DNA of 42,955 nucleotides, from contig NC_068989.1 of NCBI RefSeq assembly GCF_001194135.2, positions 61,636,233-61,679,187 of the forward strand, written 5' to 3'. A model generated the notes under the pieces. It was not told the DNA's origin. It made no database searches and saw nothing but the letters and a program-made list of their open reading frames with translations. Of the stretch, positions 1-13,724 are shown one piece after another. This DNA comes from Octopus bimaculoides. Lineage: Eukaryota. The first letter of the stretch is position 1, and every line of letters begins with the position of its first letter. A program made the translations under genes and the position numbers.

Positions 1-1289
1 TATATATATACATATATATATGCTCGTGGCGTACCTTTTGATATTGTTTCCGCAACCAGACACAAACAAACAGACATATATCCATTAATAGGTATGATGT
101 ATTTATCAAACTGCAACATTCTAATTGACAATGATATGTCATTATTCTTATAATATTAAGCAATAATTATTAATGCTAATTATTCGAGTTGATTATTAAA
201 CTAATTCTCATACAGTAGATACATTTATAGATGCATATAAGATATATCTAAAAGAATGGAAATCAGAACTAGAATGATTTGAACTCTAGGTCATCTCTGA
301 TTGTGTAGTAAGATAATAAAGTCATCTAGCCCCAAACCATTTCCTGTTGCCATCCAACAGTTCTGCATTCAGACTTACTGAATATGTAACGGACGTTTTA
401 TGTTCTGTAGGTGCTTCTTGAGAGATTTCGTTCATATTTCTATAGTACTCGAACATTTAGACGACCACATGGTGGCTTTCGCGTTAACACAATTTCTCTA
501 ATTGAACAATGATGAATCTGTGCGGCGCAACTCTTTTGTATTAATATTTAACAAATGCTGAGATAAATCGGTTCATTGCTACAATAAAGTGTAATATTGT
601 GATTATGCTTCATTTATTGCGTATGTTCCACTTTTCTGAGTTATATCTATCAGCCCTGATGTAAAATGTACTGGACACGTAGACACTTATGGTCTAATTT
701 CTTCTCTCTTTCACATCCGAGCAGGCTACCTTAATTTTAAAACACAATCAACTCAATAAATTTTACTTTATAAACTTCCATACTATAACAACTCTACGAT
801 TTACTGCATTACTTGCTTGATATTATTTTGAATATTTTCCCTGCGAGAGTCAATAACTCACCGCTACAGACACGCTGACGTTTAATATTATTCGCTGAGG
901 TCTCTTTACAAATAAATAGAATTATTTTTACTCTTTCATTTTTAATTGAAAAATTAATTATCTCTGAAAGGAAGGATCAGTTCTAAAATGTAATATTTTC
1001 TCTTCATGATTTTATTCAAAGCCGTGTAATTTTGGCTGAGTCAGATCACCATCAGTTTTCCTATTAAGCTTAAAATATTGTTGCTGTTATATCATAAGGC
1101 AATAATTTAACTAACGTCATATTTTGGAAACATTTTAAGTATAGTTTTAGATATTTTTGAGAATAGATGCCCTTCTGTATCACGAATTACTCAATGAAGT
1201 AGTGAGAAACATGACCAACAGAGTTATTCGTGAATTGTTTATATACCTTTGTAGTGTAACCTTTGATGAACAGGTTACTATTCATTATT

Positions 1290-1500
1290 TGCTTCATCGA
1301 ATGAATATATTTGCTAACATCAAATAAATATTTGCTTATGTCGAATGAATATGTCTACGCTGAGTTTATATATTTGGTATATCTGCTTCACTTCATCTAC
1401 TAAATAATAATTATATGCTTATATCGACTGAATATATGTCTATACATAATGAATATATTGAGGTATATCTGCTTCATTTCACCTGCTATATAATGAATAT
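1290..1500. repeat. Degenerate tandem repeat, unit about 85 bp, roughly 2.5 copies
   Basis: TGCTTATRTCGAMTGAATAT...GGTATATCTGCTTCAYTTCAYCTRCTA recurs at about 1333 and 1416, with a partial copy at about 1290. Confidence 0.6.
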
Positions 1501-2869
1501 GGTAGCCAGACATTTTATATAAATAATAGTGATGAACTGTAACTGTGATACATTTCTCAACACTGGGTGTTTTCTCTTCCTGAGGTTTATGTAATACCAA
1601 CTTACCATGTAATATTATTTTTTTCTAAAACCATCTTACCAAATACATCTTACTTGATATATTGCGATATTTCTAACAAATATCAATAAGTTAAACAAAT
1701 ATTTATTGTAGATACAACGTGTTGACGGTTTTTAATAAACTTTGTTATAACAGTTTATGAAATCAATACACAACTATTAACATAACTTCATGAGAAATAT
1801 AACATCATGCATGTAACTAAACTTATTACTTATTTGGAAATCAGCGTAACAGAGTTTAAACTTAACAAAACACTGCTAATATTTAATATAAGGAATCGTT
1901 AAAAATGCGTATGGTATTGTTTTATGATCGAAATAAAATCTTCATCAACTCGTATGCTGACATTGGCATTCCATGTGGCAATATAATATTCTTAAACTAA
2001 TTTAAACACTTGTTCACCTTTGTATCGTACAGCAACATATACAACAGCTATGCAAAATCACAGATTAAAATAGGGAATTATATCTTATAGCAACTGAATA
2101 TTAGCGTACCAGCTGCTATTATTGTATAGAATTGATTTACCTGTTGTCCGTTGGCGTTAGTATAGTTCAACGAGGCTACTTTTTAAAAGCTGAATAAACA
2201 AGTATGCAGAAATTCCACAGCCTATAAGGTGTTGGATGGCTGAATGTTTAATAAGTTCACTATCTTCTCTTGCACTAAATATCATCTTGGGTAAATGCGA
2301 TTTCTTGTGGCCTCGACTCGACTATTAAGCTGCGTTATGCCGAGTCTGTCTGGGAATTCTATTAACGGCACAAGTGTTTGTGGAATGCTCATCAATTTAC
2401 ACATGGATTCAGGAACTGAAAGTTTGAATGATGTACGTGCAACACCATCACCATGTGGTTCAGTGTATTGCATTTTCTATATATAACGTGTATGTGTAGA
2501 GAAGCAAGAGAAGACAATATATGAAGGAGCAAATATAAAATAAATATCAGATCTACGAAAACATTCGCTATAGCTTAGACGAAATCTGAAAACATCACCG
2601 GAATTAAAAACAAAAATGAGTTGTAAATTTTACAGCCTTTCTGCGCATCCAGCTGTAAGGTTTATCTATATCAATTTATTATATGTGTACCCTTTACAAT
2701 TCTATTTTCATGCAGCAGAAGTCTCCCTAGACATACACTTAAATAATTATGCTGTTTTCTAACTTTATGTAAGTGAGAATAGTTTCTATCAATGATATGT
2801 CTATTTTACAGTCCCAAGTTACTAATTCTTAGCTATATTTGTTTTCATTTACTAATTTATTCTTTGCAG

Positions 2870-2908
2870 GTCCTTGTAAGACCAATTTGCAACGACTCGA
2901 CTGATGAG
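2870..2908 (+). other. Candidate 39-nt internal exon (VLVRPICNDSTDE); parent gene unknown
   Basis: Branch-like ACTAAT at 2851, pyrimidine tract TTTATTCTTTGCAG, donor GAG|GTATGT at 2909. Length is a multiple of 3 and only phase 0 is stop-free. Confidence 0.35.
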
Positions 2909-5900
2909 GTATGTTTAACCAAAAAGAAAATACAAAGCTGTCATCAACTGTCAAATGTCATATTCAATACACACTGTAGTTTAATTTTCCTCTAATTTTC
3001 GTAAATCTAATTTCTACAGCCTCTCCACAACCCGCCACACTTATCTTGTTTTACCAGACTTAGTCAATACGATACATCTTTTTGTCACTGCGGTTGTAAC
3101 TTTAATTAAATGAAATATTTTGAGATGCTATATTGCGTTTGCCTTTGCTTCTACTATTTAAAAAAATGTGCACCACATTAGTCAGTGTTCATTGACTAAA
3201 CTCGCATAAATTCTCTGATCAGTCTAAAGTCAGGCAGTAACTGTCAGGCTATGATTACATGAAGCGGTCGATTAAGATCAAAACATGCCTGAGTTGTCAG
3301 AATACCAGAGTGTCTACTGGTAGAAATAGGCAAAATATCATTTTTCAAATCGGTAAATATTTAAACTCTCTAAACACAAGAATAAATATGCAGTTCATCA
3401 AAAAAATATATGAATAAATAAATAAAACAAAAACAAACCTTATGCTTACTTCGAAATTCAGTATTTTTTATGAGTGTTCAAATTTAATTCAAAGTGGTAA
3501 AATTTCATTTGAAGATGATGAGTTAAAGACTTATTGAAAATTCAGGTAAAACTTATTTAGTTGCCATTCTTAATGACAATTTTCTTTAAATGTCCATAAC
3601 TATTAATAATTTCATATTTTAAGCCTACAACAGATCAATTTTTTTTTTGCTTAGTTTATAGTACATCTTTAGAGGATTAATGCGGCAAATCAAATGAGGA
3701 CATTAGATTATGCATTATCAGGAATTATATTCAGACGCAAACGTAAACAACAACTTCAAAATCGGGAGATTTCCAATACTAAACCAGATACTATTCTTTA
3801 ATTTGACGGTGGAAGTTTTTAGAAAACATAGATTTTAATATTGTGACCCTTGTGTAAAGTGGACGTAATGCTAATTCATGTTCAGCTCTGAAGATATCTA
3901 TTTATTACGTGTGGAAATGAATCGATATGATGCAAATAGATGATTACAGAATATTTGCTATCGTTCAGAATTTGCTCTTCGAAGAAATGACACGTAAATT
4001 AATTGAATGATACTGCATATACTTCTTCGAAAAGATGGCTTTCCAAGACCCATTTTCAGTATAGCTTATTAAATTTTGGCGGTTCTGGTGAATAATTTTT
4101 TAACAATGGTTTCTTCTGTTATACTTCATACTTCTCCCGTGCTGTGATGTTGGCCCCACTTTACCTGCAAAGTTTCAAAATTACATTTCTGAAGTTTTTG
4201 TATCTCTGTTTTCATAAATGTGAGAATTCGACTTCATTTTCCTTTTTAGAGATAAATGTTTTAAGTGCTGTAACCTTTTCACCACTGAGCAACTTTTCCC
4301 ATCCTATTATAGCACCGTCATTTTTACATGATAACGAGAGACCTAAATCTTAGATCCATCATTTTTTTCATTCCACCTGTTTTGCATTATGCACAGTTTT
4401 TTTGTGCGTCTCATTTGTAATTTCCTTCCCAATTAAGCGAGTGATTTTCCTGAATTAGTCTCTGTCGGTTTTTCTTCGGCTAGAGATCTCCTAAGGCATT
4501 TCAAGCACATACTTACAATTATTCGTTATTTTTTGTTGTTGTTATTGCCATTCACGATAATACTCATAATACAGTTTTGTTTTCAGTTGTAAATCAACTG
4601 CCTTTGATATAAATTTGATATAAATAAGGAAGCACCTGGGAAATGGAATCGCAAATATATATTAAAAAAAAACATGCTGTCTCCTCAATGTGTTGAATGT
4701 ACGTCTGATCGACTACGGCAGATCACGGGGCTGAAGAAACGTACAAACATAAGCATACGCATATCACTCCACCCCCATAAACTCGTGCACACACACATAC
4801 ATACATACATACATGTATGTATATATATATATATATATATATATGATATATATATGTAAGGTTTTTACTAATTACTTCCTAATATCCTGTTAATATTTAC
4901 CTTGTGTGCACAAGGTGATAGTTAAAGAAATTCCTTAATACAGTTACAGTATATTCAATGGAAGGCACTTTAAGCAATGTGAACTAGACCCATGAATATC
5001 GTTCTATTGCGCAAATTAAATACCGCATAAAAAAAATATTTTCCAACAACCTGGTTTATTCATTTAGACAACCTGAAAATATCAGCGTCTTTTCTGAACC
5101 ACAGTTGATTTGAATAAACACCAAGGCAAACATCTAATAATCGAAAGAAAACGTATCACTTATGTGTATAAAAGAGAATTTAATGAAAGTCTAATCCATT
5201 TCGTTTAACTGTCGTAATGGCCACACTGAACTAATCAAGCAAGTGAGATCTGTACGTGATAATAGCGAGATAAAATATACTTGACAACACATTTACTTCT
5301 AAATTGTATCCGTGATAATCTACTTTATTCTTGCCAATTTGTACGGATTTATCGATAAGCAGAATTTCGACCGAGCTATGTCTGAATCTTATTGTAACAG
5401 AATGTACATACGAAATTCAATAAAGCAAACATCGTTCGTTTCTATTGATACAGCTAGGAACTTACTCCTTCCTTTACCTAAATACGTGCAGAAAGAGCAA
5501 TCCACTTTAAACTTACGGCGTCAGGTTTAAAAGCCGCCGCAGAAGTATATATCTCGCTGTCCCACTCACACATATATACATACTGCGAACACAACACTTG
5601 ATAATGCTTTGTATTGAGTAATCTTTATTAAACATTAATGGAACCACTAATATAAATACTGTTATATTTTTTAAATAGAACTACCTACATCATGTATGAA
5701 TCATATTTTCAAAACAAAGATCTCATATAAGAGATGTGAATTGGGCCTAACGATACGCTGTGTTTCATAGCTTTAACATAATGTTAATGACTCATATATT
5801 ATCTAACATATTTAAATCGCTAGAAAACGAGACTTATTAATCAGCCTTTAACATCAAACAGTAAAATTCCTATATCAGTAGTTTATCAATAATTGATTAA

Positions 5901-7339
5901 CTAATATATCAATGTATTCAATAAATCCAAAATTCGATATAATAATCATTAATTAGATAACGATGAGGCGTACTATATCTTGGAAGATATATTACACACC
6001 GTAGCAGTAAGGATAGAATGTTAACTAGATTAAATACAATACTGGATTTACTTGAACCTTACTACGTTTTAGTATTCTTTTTCGAGTTCAAAGAAATAAG
6101 TAGACCGTACTACTGGAATAAGTTTACTTCGGATCTATTTAATATCCTTTCTTATGAGCATCATCTTAATCCGGCATGATAGCTAAGTATACATGTTGCA
6201 TTGGAAGATATTACATAAATTTTTACCCGTTGTCCTAATGTGTTGGCTTTCTAAAAAAGGTATGCACTTGAAGTGAGATAATTATTTAAAATATTATATA
6301 TATATTAGAAATATGTAATATTTTTCTGTTAAGCGCTAAATAAATTGTGTAAATTTTCATGATAATAACATTATGAAATCATTCATGGTTTGGTGAGTTA
6401 CCATGAGGTATATATTGAAAAAGTAAGACAATTTAATTGAAACTGATTAGGAACGGAAGCAAAACAAATAGAGAGGTTTAGAAAACGAAGAAAAATCACA
6501 AATTACAACAAGGTACACAAATTACAACAAAAGTTGTAAGGCAACATAATTTGTGGTCTCTTAAAGGATAGTTAGAAACCATGTGAGATATCATCAAACT
6601 TTCAATGAATAGAGTTACACCTACTCGTTGTGTATTTAACATTCAAGGGCTTCACACTTTTTGGAGATAAAAATCATAACTAAATCATAGAGAATCATGA
6701 GTTTAAGAATTTTGGCATGCTATAGAAACAACGTTTGAAGAGAAGAAATTTTTAATTAAACTATAATAACTAGACATAAAACAACACGGTGTTCGTTGGA
6801 GTCGCAAATTATTTATGTTGTATTTTTCCTTCGCAAACAATAATGAAATAGAGAATGTAAAGATGCCGCTGGTATACATTTAAACGTTTTAAGTATTCTG
6901 CATTCTATCTCTAAAATTATATCCAGATACTCGCAAAGAATAATAAAGCGGGAAGATATGATCGGATTTATATAAAATGATGTGACAATGCGCCTATAAA
7001 CCTGCCAGTAAAACCTGCTTGAAAGAATAAAAAAGGACAGAACTGAGAAGAAATACAATACCTGCTGCTAAGCTAGTTATTCAATTCATTTTACTTATTC
7101 ACATATTTCGCTAAACGGAAAGGGAACATACTTTCTAAGTGTCCAAGGCGCAATTAAATGTCGATATTTCTTTAAAACATGGCATATATATAGTCACACG
7201 TTTCAGCCATGGGGAAATTAAACGATACTGAATTGCATTGATATTCTTTAAACGTGAGGTTGATTGACTGGGAAAAGTTTATTAAAGATATAATTTCAGG
7301 TAGAAGTGAATAATTTTGTTGAAATATTTCAAGTTGTAT

Positions 7340-7455
7340 ACTTTAAAAATCACACACACACACATACACGCAGTTATATATACATATACACATATATACA
7401 TATATACTTATATGTACATATATCAATACATACATAGTTATATATACACAGATAC

Positions 7456-7517
<62 letters not shown>

Positions 7518-7660
7518 TTATATGTACATATATCTATTCATACACACATATATATATTTGAATATATCGATAGATAAATGAATAGACTGATGGATAGATA
7601 AATAGATAGACAGAGAGATATATAAATAGATAGATGAATATATAGATATATATACAACTC
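7340..7660. repeat. Compound microsatellite (CA/TA/TACA/GATA)
   Basis: Direct inspection; it explains ORF 7316-7561. Confidence 0.95.
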
Positions 7661-8591
7661 ATAAATACACACGTAGGAACACGTGCTCATAAATTACCAT
7701 CATTTAATCCCGATAGAATGACAACGGGAAATATTTATTTGAACAACTCGTGCGCATAAATGTCAAGTCAAAAGTAGTAATACGTTTCTTAGGTTTACTC
7801 AATAAGCGTTTTTCGGTTCCAGGAAATTATTTAATAGAAATAATTTGAAATTTATCTATACTTGTACTTCAAAGCAGGGTAAACCTTTCTTGCAGAAATA
7901 AAGCTTCATACTCTTTCAGAATTGCAACATCGTATCTATTATTTACGAAGGCGGGAAAATCTAAAAGAAACAAAAAGAGATACTGAAATTAAACGATATT
8001 TTATAACTGTAGAGATTTAAACTAGAAATATACTGAAAAATAATATTACCAAGCTACCTAACTATATTTCAATTTGAGACAAAAACTGGAAGTGAATTTG
8101 ATTTGTTTCAATAAATTCTTGAATGATGCAATTCGTACATAAGATAATAACAGAATAACATGGTAAAAAAATTCAGAAACGGCGTTCATATGAGAGTTCG
8201 TGAAAAGAAACATAACAGAAAAAAGAAGACAAGAATTATATAAACTTAAGATCGAATATTTTCTATGACGGTAGACATTTCAGGAAATTCCCCGTAACAT
8301 ACCATACAATGAAATAAATAAGATAATATAGAGTAGCAGCGACGTGACATATTATGAAAAGACTGGAGTGTTAACCATCATATGACGGGGAGTTTTGGAA
8401 GTAGATGTAGGTAGTGTCAGTAAATAGGACAAATATTAAGTATAACTTAACTTCAATGATATCTATTTGCGCTTATACAAAATGCTGAAATGTATTTGAA
8501 TTTTGAAAAGAAATATACTTATTACCTTGAAATAAATAAAATAAAACGAATTTCTCATTTATAAAATTTATATCATTACTACTTGAATTAA

Positions 8592-8790
8592 AGTCAATGA
8601 ACTGGCAGAATCGTTAGCACTGCAGGCAAAATGCTTAGCAGCATTTCGTCTGTCTTTACGTTCTGAGTTGACATTCCACCGAGGTTGACTTTGCCTTTCA
8701 TCCTCATGGGATCGATGAAATAAATATCATTTACGAATTGGGGTCGATGAAATAAGTACCATTTACGAATTTGGGTCCATGTAATCCAAT
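8592..8790 (+). mobile_element. SINE family A copy (GGCAGAATCGTTAGCAC head)
   Basis: CTGGCAGAATCGTTAGCAC...AAAATGCTTAGC...ACGTTCTGAGTT...GACTTTGCCTTTCATCC...GGGGTCGAT. Homologous copies occur throughout the window. A short internal tandem duplication lies at about 8715-8775. Confidence 0.85.
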
Positions 8791-9306
8791 TTTTTCACTT
8801 TACCGATTTGAACTAGATGAGTCAATATTGTTTGCTTGCTAACATTAAACAACAACGGTAATTCACGGGCACTTTGAGATTGATCTGACTCGACCATGGC
8901 TTTCGGTTCGTCATCATCCACCTTTGTTTCTGGTCGACCGCCTTGCTTATTTGCAAGTTACCAGAACGAAATTTCGCAAATCAATTTGATACTGTCTGCT
9001 GTGTAATAACAATAGAATGAAATACTCCATTAATATTCCGAGCTATCTGTGATGCTGTATTTCCCCGAAATTTGAACTCAGAAAGAACTCATATTTCAAA
9101 ACTGTACACATTTCCATCTTATCCATCTCTAAACAAAAAATAGTATAAAACGATATATAAATACTTTATAAAGCGCAACATGAGTTAGAATAAAGAAATA
9201 GATGTGTCAGCCTTCTAACAAAAATAAAGGTTTTCAAAATATAATAATTGCGCAAAATGAGCAGCTGTCAAATTTACCATATACCTTCATACTTGACGAC
9301 CTAATA
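8786..9306 (-). mobile_element. Mariner transposon 5' remnant (TIR plus decayed N-terminal transposase)
   Basis: Minus-strand translation from ATG 9126 with frameshifts and a stop: MDKMEMCTVLKYEF..GNTASQIARNINGVF..TQQTVSN*FAKFRSGN..GGRPETKVDDDEPKAMVESDQSQSARELPLLFNVSKQTILTHLVQIGKVKKLD. This matches the mariner HTH region (cf. Hsmar1 ...HLKQIGKVKKLD). TIR-like end TATTAGGTCGTCAAGTATG at 9306-9288. Confidence 0.9.
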
Positions 9307-9493
9307 CAGTTCTATACTTAAGAGATGAGGAATTATGTACGTTATTTACATTATTTAGAATTGATGGAATGAGAGTCCAGGTTCGAAATTTCCTCAAGAC
9401 ACCTGATGAAGGCTGGGTATATCAGCCGAAACGTTATGTTAACAACAATCAAGATGAGGACAAATATCCGTCAATTGTAAATAATGTAAATAA
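9307..9493 (+). mobile_element. Truncated HHR-bearing element (family H) with inverted 3' end, flanked by a 14-bp duplication
   Basis: The body matches 29890-30015. Positions 9305-9358 are the reverse complement of the 3' terminus seen at 30001-30047. TTGACGACCTAATA occurs at 9293-9306 and 9494-9507. Confidence 0.85.
9398..9440 (+). ncRNA. Minimal type I hammerhead ribozyme motif
   Basis: GACAC CTGATGA a GGCTG ggtatat CAGCC GAAAC GTT aTGTT: intact core, perfect stem II, palindromic AACGTT in place of stem III, one mismatch in stem I. Confidence 0.65.
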
Positions 9494-9519
9494 TTGACGA
9501 CCTAATATATACACACAAG

Positions 9520-9690
9520 AATTACGGAATGGAGTAGATAAGATCCTGGCTACATACGTTTCATAGAGAGCGGAAGCTCGGAAGTGGTAAATATCCAAGC
9601 GTGGTGTATACTGCAGGCTACTCTTCAGATCAAGGATGTCTTGATTATATTAAATATTACATTATCGCAATGCAGTACATGTTAACGCAT
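9520..9690 (+). repeat. Dispersed repeat family M copy
   Basis: GGAATGGAGTAGATAAGATCC...TTTCATAGAGAGC...GAAGTGGTAAATATCCAAGCG is shared with 38491-38610 (+) and 38655-38794 (-). Confidence 0.8.
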
Positions 9691-9745
9691 GGAAGATTCA
9701 ATATATATATATATATATCGTTATACAAAGAATATTGATTTCACA

Positions 9746-9936
9746 TTTAGCACAAGGCCAGCAATTTCGGGTTTGGTGTAAGTGGAGTAAATCAACGCCA
9801 GTGCTCAACTGATTCTTATTTTATCGACTTGAAAGGTGAAGTCGATCTCGACAGAATTTGAACTCAGAGCAGAATGACGATGAGATACTACTAAGCATAT
9901 TCCCAACGCGCTAACGATTCTGCCAGCTCCCCGCCT
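9746..9936 (-). mobile_element. SINE family A copy
   Basis: The reverse complement gives AGGCGG..AGCTGGCAGAATCGTTAGCGCG...CTGAGTTCAAATT...CAGTTGAGCACTGG. Confidence 0.85.
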
Positions 9937-11025
9937 TAGTTATACTGTGAATATTGTCTCTTAACAAAAGGAATTATATTTCTGAAAATAAATACTTCAT
10001 AGATTAACCAAAATAGAGAAAATGATGATTTGGTTTTACTTTTAACTTCAACAGATTATTCCTAAAGAAAAAAATGATTGTTAGAATACAGTAGGCGTGT
10101 GTTAAAACTGAACAGGCTCATCAAATTATTGAAAAACTTTATCACAAGTACCTTATCAGACTTTAGCTTTTTTTAGGCAATTTTTCTCTTCTTTGTATTC
10201 AAAACTAAAACTTTTGTGAAAACTACACAACGTCCCCGAGAGGGCTTTAGCAATGTCTTTGTATTCCATTCTAATTTCAGTTTAATTTAGTCAAAATGTC
10301 ATTCTGAACATTAATAATAGTATGCACGAAATCTCATGTAAAAATATCAAATGTACCTTTCGAGAGTAAACAGCGAAATAATACAGATCTTAAAAGAAAA
10401 ATAAATTATCAAACGAAATGAGTTTTTTTTTTCTACACATCCTAGTCACTGTCATAGATTATTTCGTTTTTATTCTGTGGCTCTTTGTTTCTACAAATAC
10501 AAGTTTGATGCTAGAATTCGCATTGAAGTGATTGAATGGCTTTAACTCGAACTGCTCTGTATTTTCAAAATTTGGGGCAAAACTCGACATGAAAACTGAA
10601 TGACGGGAAAGATGAGTAGAGTAAATTGTATTCCATTCCGAATATGATTCCACGCAAAACACACTGCTCCATTTGATCCATTTTAATATCCTCCATTTCT
10701 GTTAGTTTCATTAATACCATAAAAAATATTGTGTGATTTTTATATGCTTCACTTCCTATATGAAATGATTATTTTATTAAATTCTACGAGTTCATATTTC
10801 TTCGATGAAAAACCTCGCAAACATTAAGTACAAAACAATTAATTTCGTACTGTGGGAAATTCAAAGAAAAAAATATTGAATGATTTCGGTTATGACCGTC
10901 AAGAAATAAGACCTATAGCTGCACAATATTTCTCAGTAGAACTGATATAATACCCACACACATATGTAAAAATACAAATGTTGTATATCTTTTTGAGATG
11001 TCTGTATATTGGATATATGTAGTCT

Positions 11026-11092
<67 letters not shown>
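11026..11092. repeat. (CA)n microsatellite
   Basis: Direct inspection. Confidence 0.97.
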
Positions 11093-11095
<3 letters not shown>

Positions 11096-11799
11096 ATATC
11101 TGTATTAATTTATTTACACACTTATTTACAGTTAATCTATAATCATTAATCCAACAAAATATATTCTGTTTCGCTTGTCACACATATATGATGTGATAAT
11201 GTACGATATCAATTCTGTTAGCTATTCACGTGATAAATTTTGTTTGCAAAATGCTGCACACTACACAATGCCATCTACTTAACACCAACATCCTGTGTGT
11301 TCCACTAGTTGACCTGCCAATACTATAATGGATATAACAAAAACCAAGCCAATGCAAGCTTACGTTCTTTCAAGTAGAAGCAATTTAAAATCACCTTTCA
11401 ATTCTCCCCACTCTTCTATGAATATTAGATTATAGAGACGTGTCCGATGTCCTCAAATCTTTCAGTAATGTGGAGTCAAACTAATTTTAAATATGCATGC
11501 ATACACACGAGCACGCACACACATGCGTGTGTACATACATACACACATACATACATACATGCTTACATACATATATGCACAGGAATATTATTTGTGATAT
11601 GGTAGTAATATTTTATAGAAATCTTCAATTAGAAATTTATTCAAAGGGTTTATCAGATACTCCTTTCAATTCAGAGTACCGAAGTTCACTATATGTTCCG
11701 GATAGGCTGGTATCTCTTATGTTTCTATAATATCTATTAGACATTAGATTAAATATTGAGATTTGCGTGGATTTAAATATAATAATCAAAATAAATAGA

Positions 11800-11825
11800 A
11801 GATACATACATACATACATACATAG

Positions 11826-11882
<57 letters not shown>
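11800..11882. repeat. (TACA)n/(CA)n microsatellite
   Basis: Direct inspection. Confidence 0.95.
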
Positions 11883-11885
<3 letters not shown>

Positions 11886-13225
11886 CAGGTACGATCGAAG
11901 TAATTATGTATTCTATAGTAGACCCAGTAAATGACCCCAGCCTCAATTTGCAAAGACATTCCTCTAGCCAGTTTTAATAATACCAAACTTTTCCCCCTAC
12001 TCGTCCCGCTCTCCTTTCATATTCTCCTTTTGTTTTTCATATTCTTATTCATTTCCTTAACAAGTTTAGACATTTACCCTCTCCCATATATTATTTCTTC
12101 ACAAATATGCTTTCGCTTTTATTCTATAACTCTGTACTTTTCGTGCATTTTCGATCGGATCTCCTACAAATTAACATGGAATCCCTTGACGACAATGTAA
12201 ACTTCATTTAATTAAAGTATTCTTGGCCCGACGAATAGCTAGCAGATTACCTCTCGTTTGAGCAATTACTACTTCCGTGGTCCTGCTAGCTATAAAGCAT
12301 ATTTAACCTGGATATTGTCTAATCCATTCCCTAAATTTAGATGTGTGTGTATGATGTGTTCGCGCGTATGTATTCGTATTTGCTTTTGTAAACCTGACTT
12401 GCGTCGGGGGAAGTAAATTGGTCCAATATTTGCAGGATTAAATAGTCTGAAAGTGAATCACAAGTAACAAGTGATGAAATGTACTGTTTTTGACCGAGTG
12501 ATTCAGAAGTAAAATTATAGACTCGGTTTCGATATTTCCTGTGCAGCGTATTGGGTTAATACGCCTATCATAACATCGAGTTGTTTGTTGGTTGAACGAG
12601 AGATCTACCTGCAACTGAAATATCAGGCCTTTTGTGGCATGTGCCACGCTGGTTTTAATTGAGAATTGCATTAAAGATACACGTGCCTGTGGAATACTCA
12701 ACTATTTAGCATAATAATTCGACGGATAAATTGTCTAGTTGATTACACAACACATACATCGAAATCAATATCAGAGAATCCATCATGAAATGTGTGAGTC
12801 GATTATTTCCAATATTTCCGGTATTGGATATCAGAAAACTGAAATACAATGGTAAACAAATTAATTTAGAGTATCGCTGACACTATTATTTTACGAGCAT
12901 GTAATGTTTGCATTGTTATTTTAGACCCAGGCCGTATAACTATCACCAATGTGTTCTAGACTTATATTAAATAAGTTAATATATAAGAACCTTAAATTTA
13001 TATAGATAAAATGAGGCATGTCCCAACTAGACTGAAACAGCTGTAAGTCATGATCCTATTTTCTGGCACTATATGTCATTATTTCAGTACTGATAGGACA
13101 TATGTCGCATGTGTTTGTATATTGTTATTATTGTCCTTTTAGTAAACAAATAAACAACTAAATTGACACAGTACAATGTCTGCAAGTTGATGAATACCAC
13201 CTATTCCCCTCCATTTTCTCATTGC

Positions 13226-13643
13226 TATATATATATATATATATATATATATNNNNNNNNNNNNNNNNNNNNNNNNNNNNNNNNNNNNNNNNNNNNNNNN
13301 NNNNNNNNNNNNNNNNNNNNNNNNNNNNNNNNNNNNNNNNNNNNNNNNNNNNNNNNNNNNNNNNNNNNNNNNNNNNNNNNNNNNNNNNNNNNNNNNNNNN
13401 NNNNNNNNNNNNNNNNNNNNNNNNNNNNNNNNNNNNNNNNNNNNNNNNNNNNNNNNNNNNNNNNNNNNNNNNNNNNNNNNNNNNNNNNNNNNNNNNNNNN
13501 NNNNNNNNNNNNNNNNNNNNNNNNNNNNNNNNNNNNNNNNNNNNNNNNNNNNNNNNNNNNNNNNNNNNNNNNNNNNNNNNNNNNNNNNNNNNNNNNNNNN
13601 NNNNNNNNNNNNNNNNNNNNNNNNNNNNNNNNNNNNNNNNNNN

Positions 13644-13720
<77 letters not shown>
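13226..13720. other. Assembly gap flanked by (TA)n and (GA)n
   Basis: N run at about 13253-13643; the ORFs spanning it are artefacts. Confidence 0.97.

Positions 13721-13724
<4 letters not shown>

Noticed and set aside
2282-2486. Overlapping 63-aa ORFs on both strands in GC-richer sequence
   Set aside because: No recognisable domain and no convincing pair of splice sites.
2870-2908. Resemblance of VLVRPICNDS to the Cys-loop receptor RP motif
   Set aside because: Thirteen residues are too few, and no other Cys-loop exons (Cys loop, TM1-4) were found.
4020-4520. Coding-like minus-strand stretch (GAIIGWEKLLSGEKVTALKTF)
   Set aside because: Multiple stops and no family recognised.
4706-4750. 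CTGATCGA...GAAACGTA as a hammerhead
   Set aside because: The core is non-canonical and stem I cannot form; only a 7-bp inverted repeat is present.
7896-8016. Acceptor followed by a 40-codon frame (IKLHTLSELQHRIYY...)
   Set aside because: The phase is incompatible with the 2870 exon, there is no homology I recognise, and the surroundings look like decayed repeat.
9545-9630. Minus-strand CTGAAGA...GAAACGTA in family M
   Set aside because: No stem I or stem II pairing, and not conserved in the 38491 copy.
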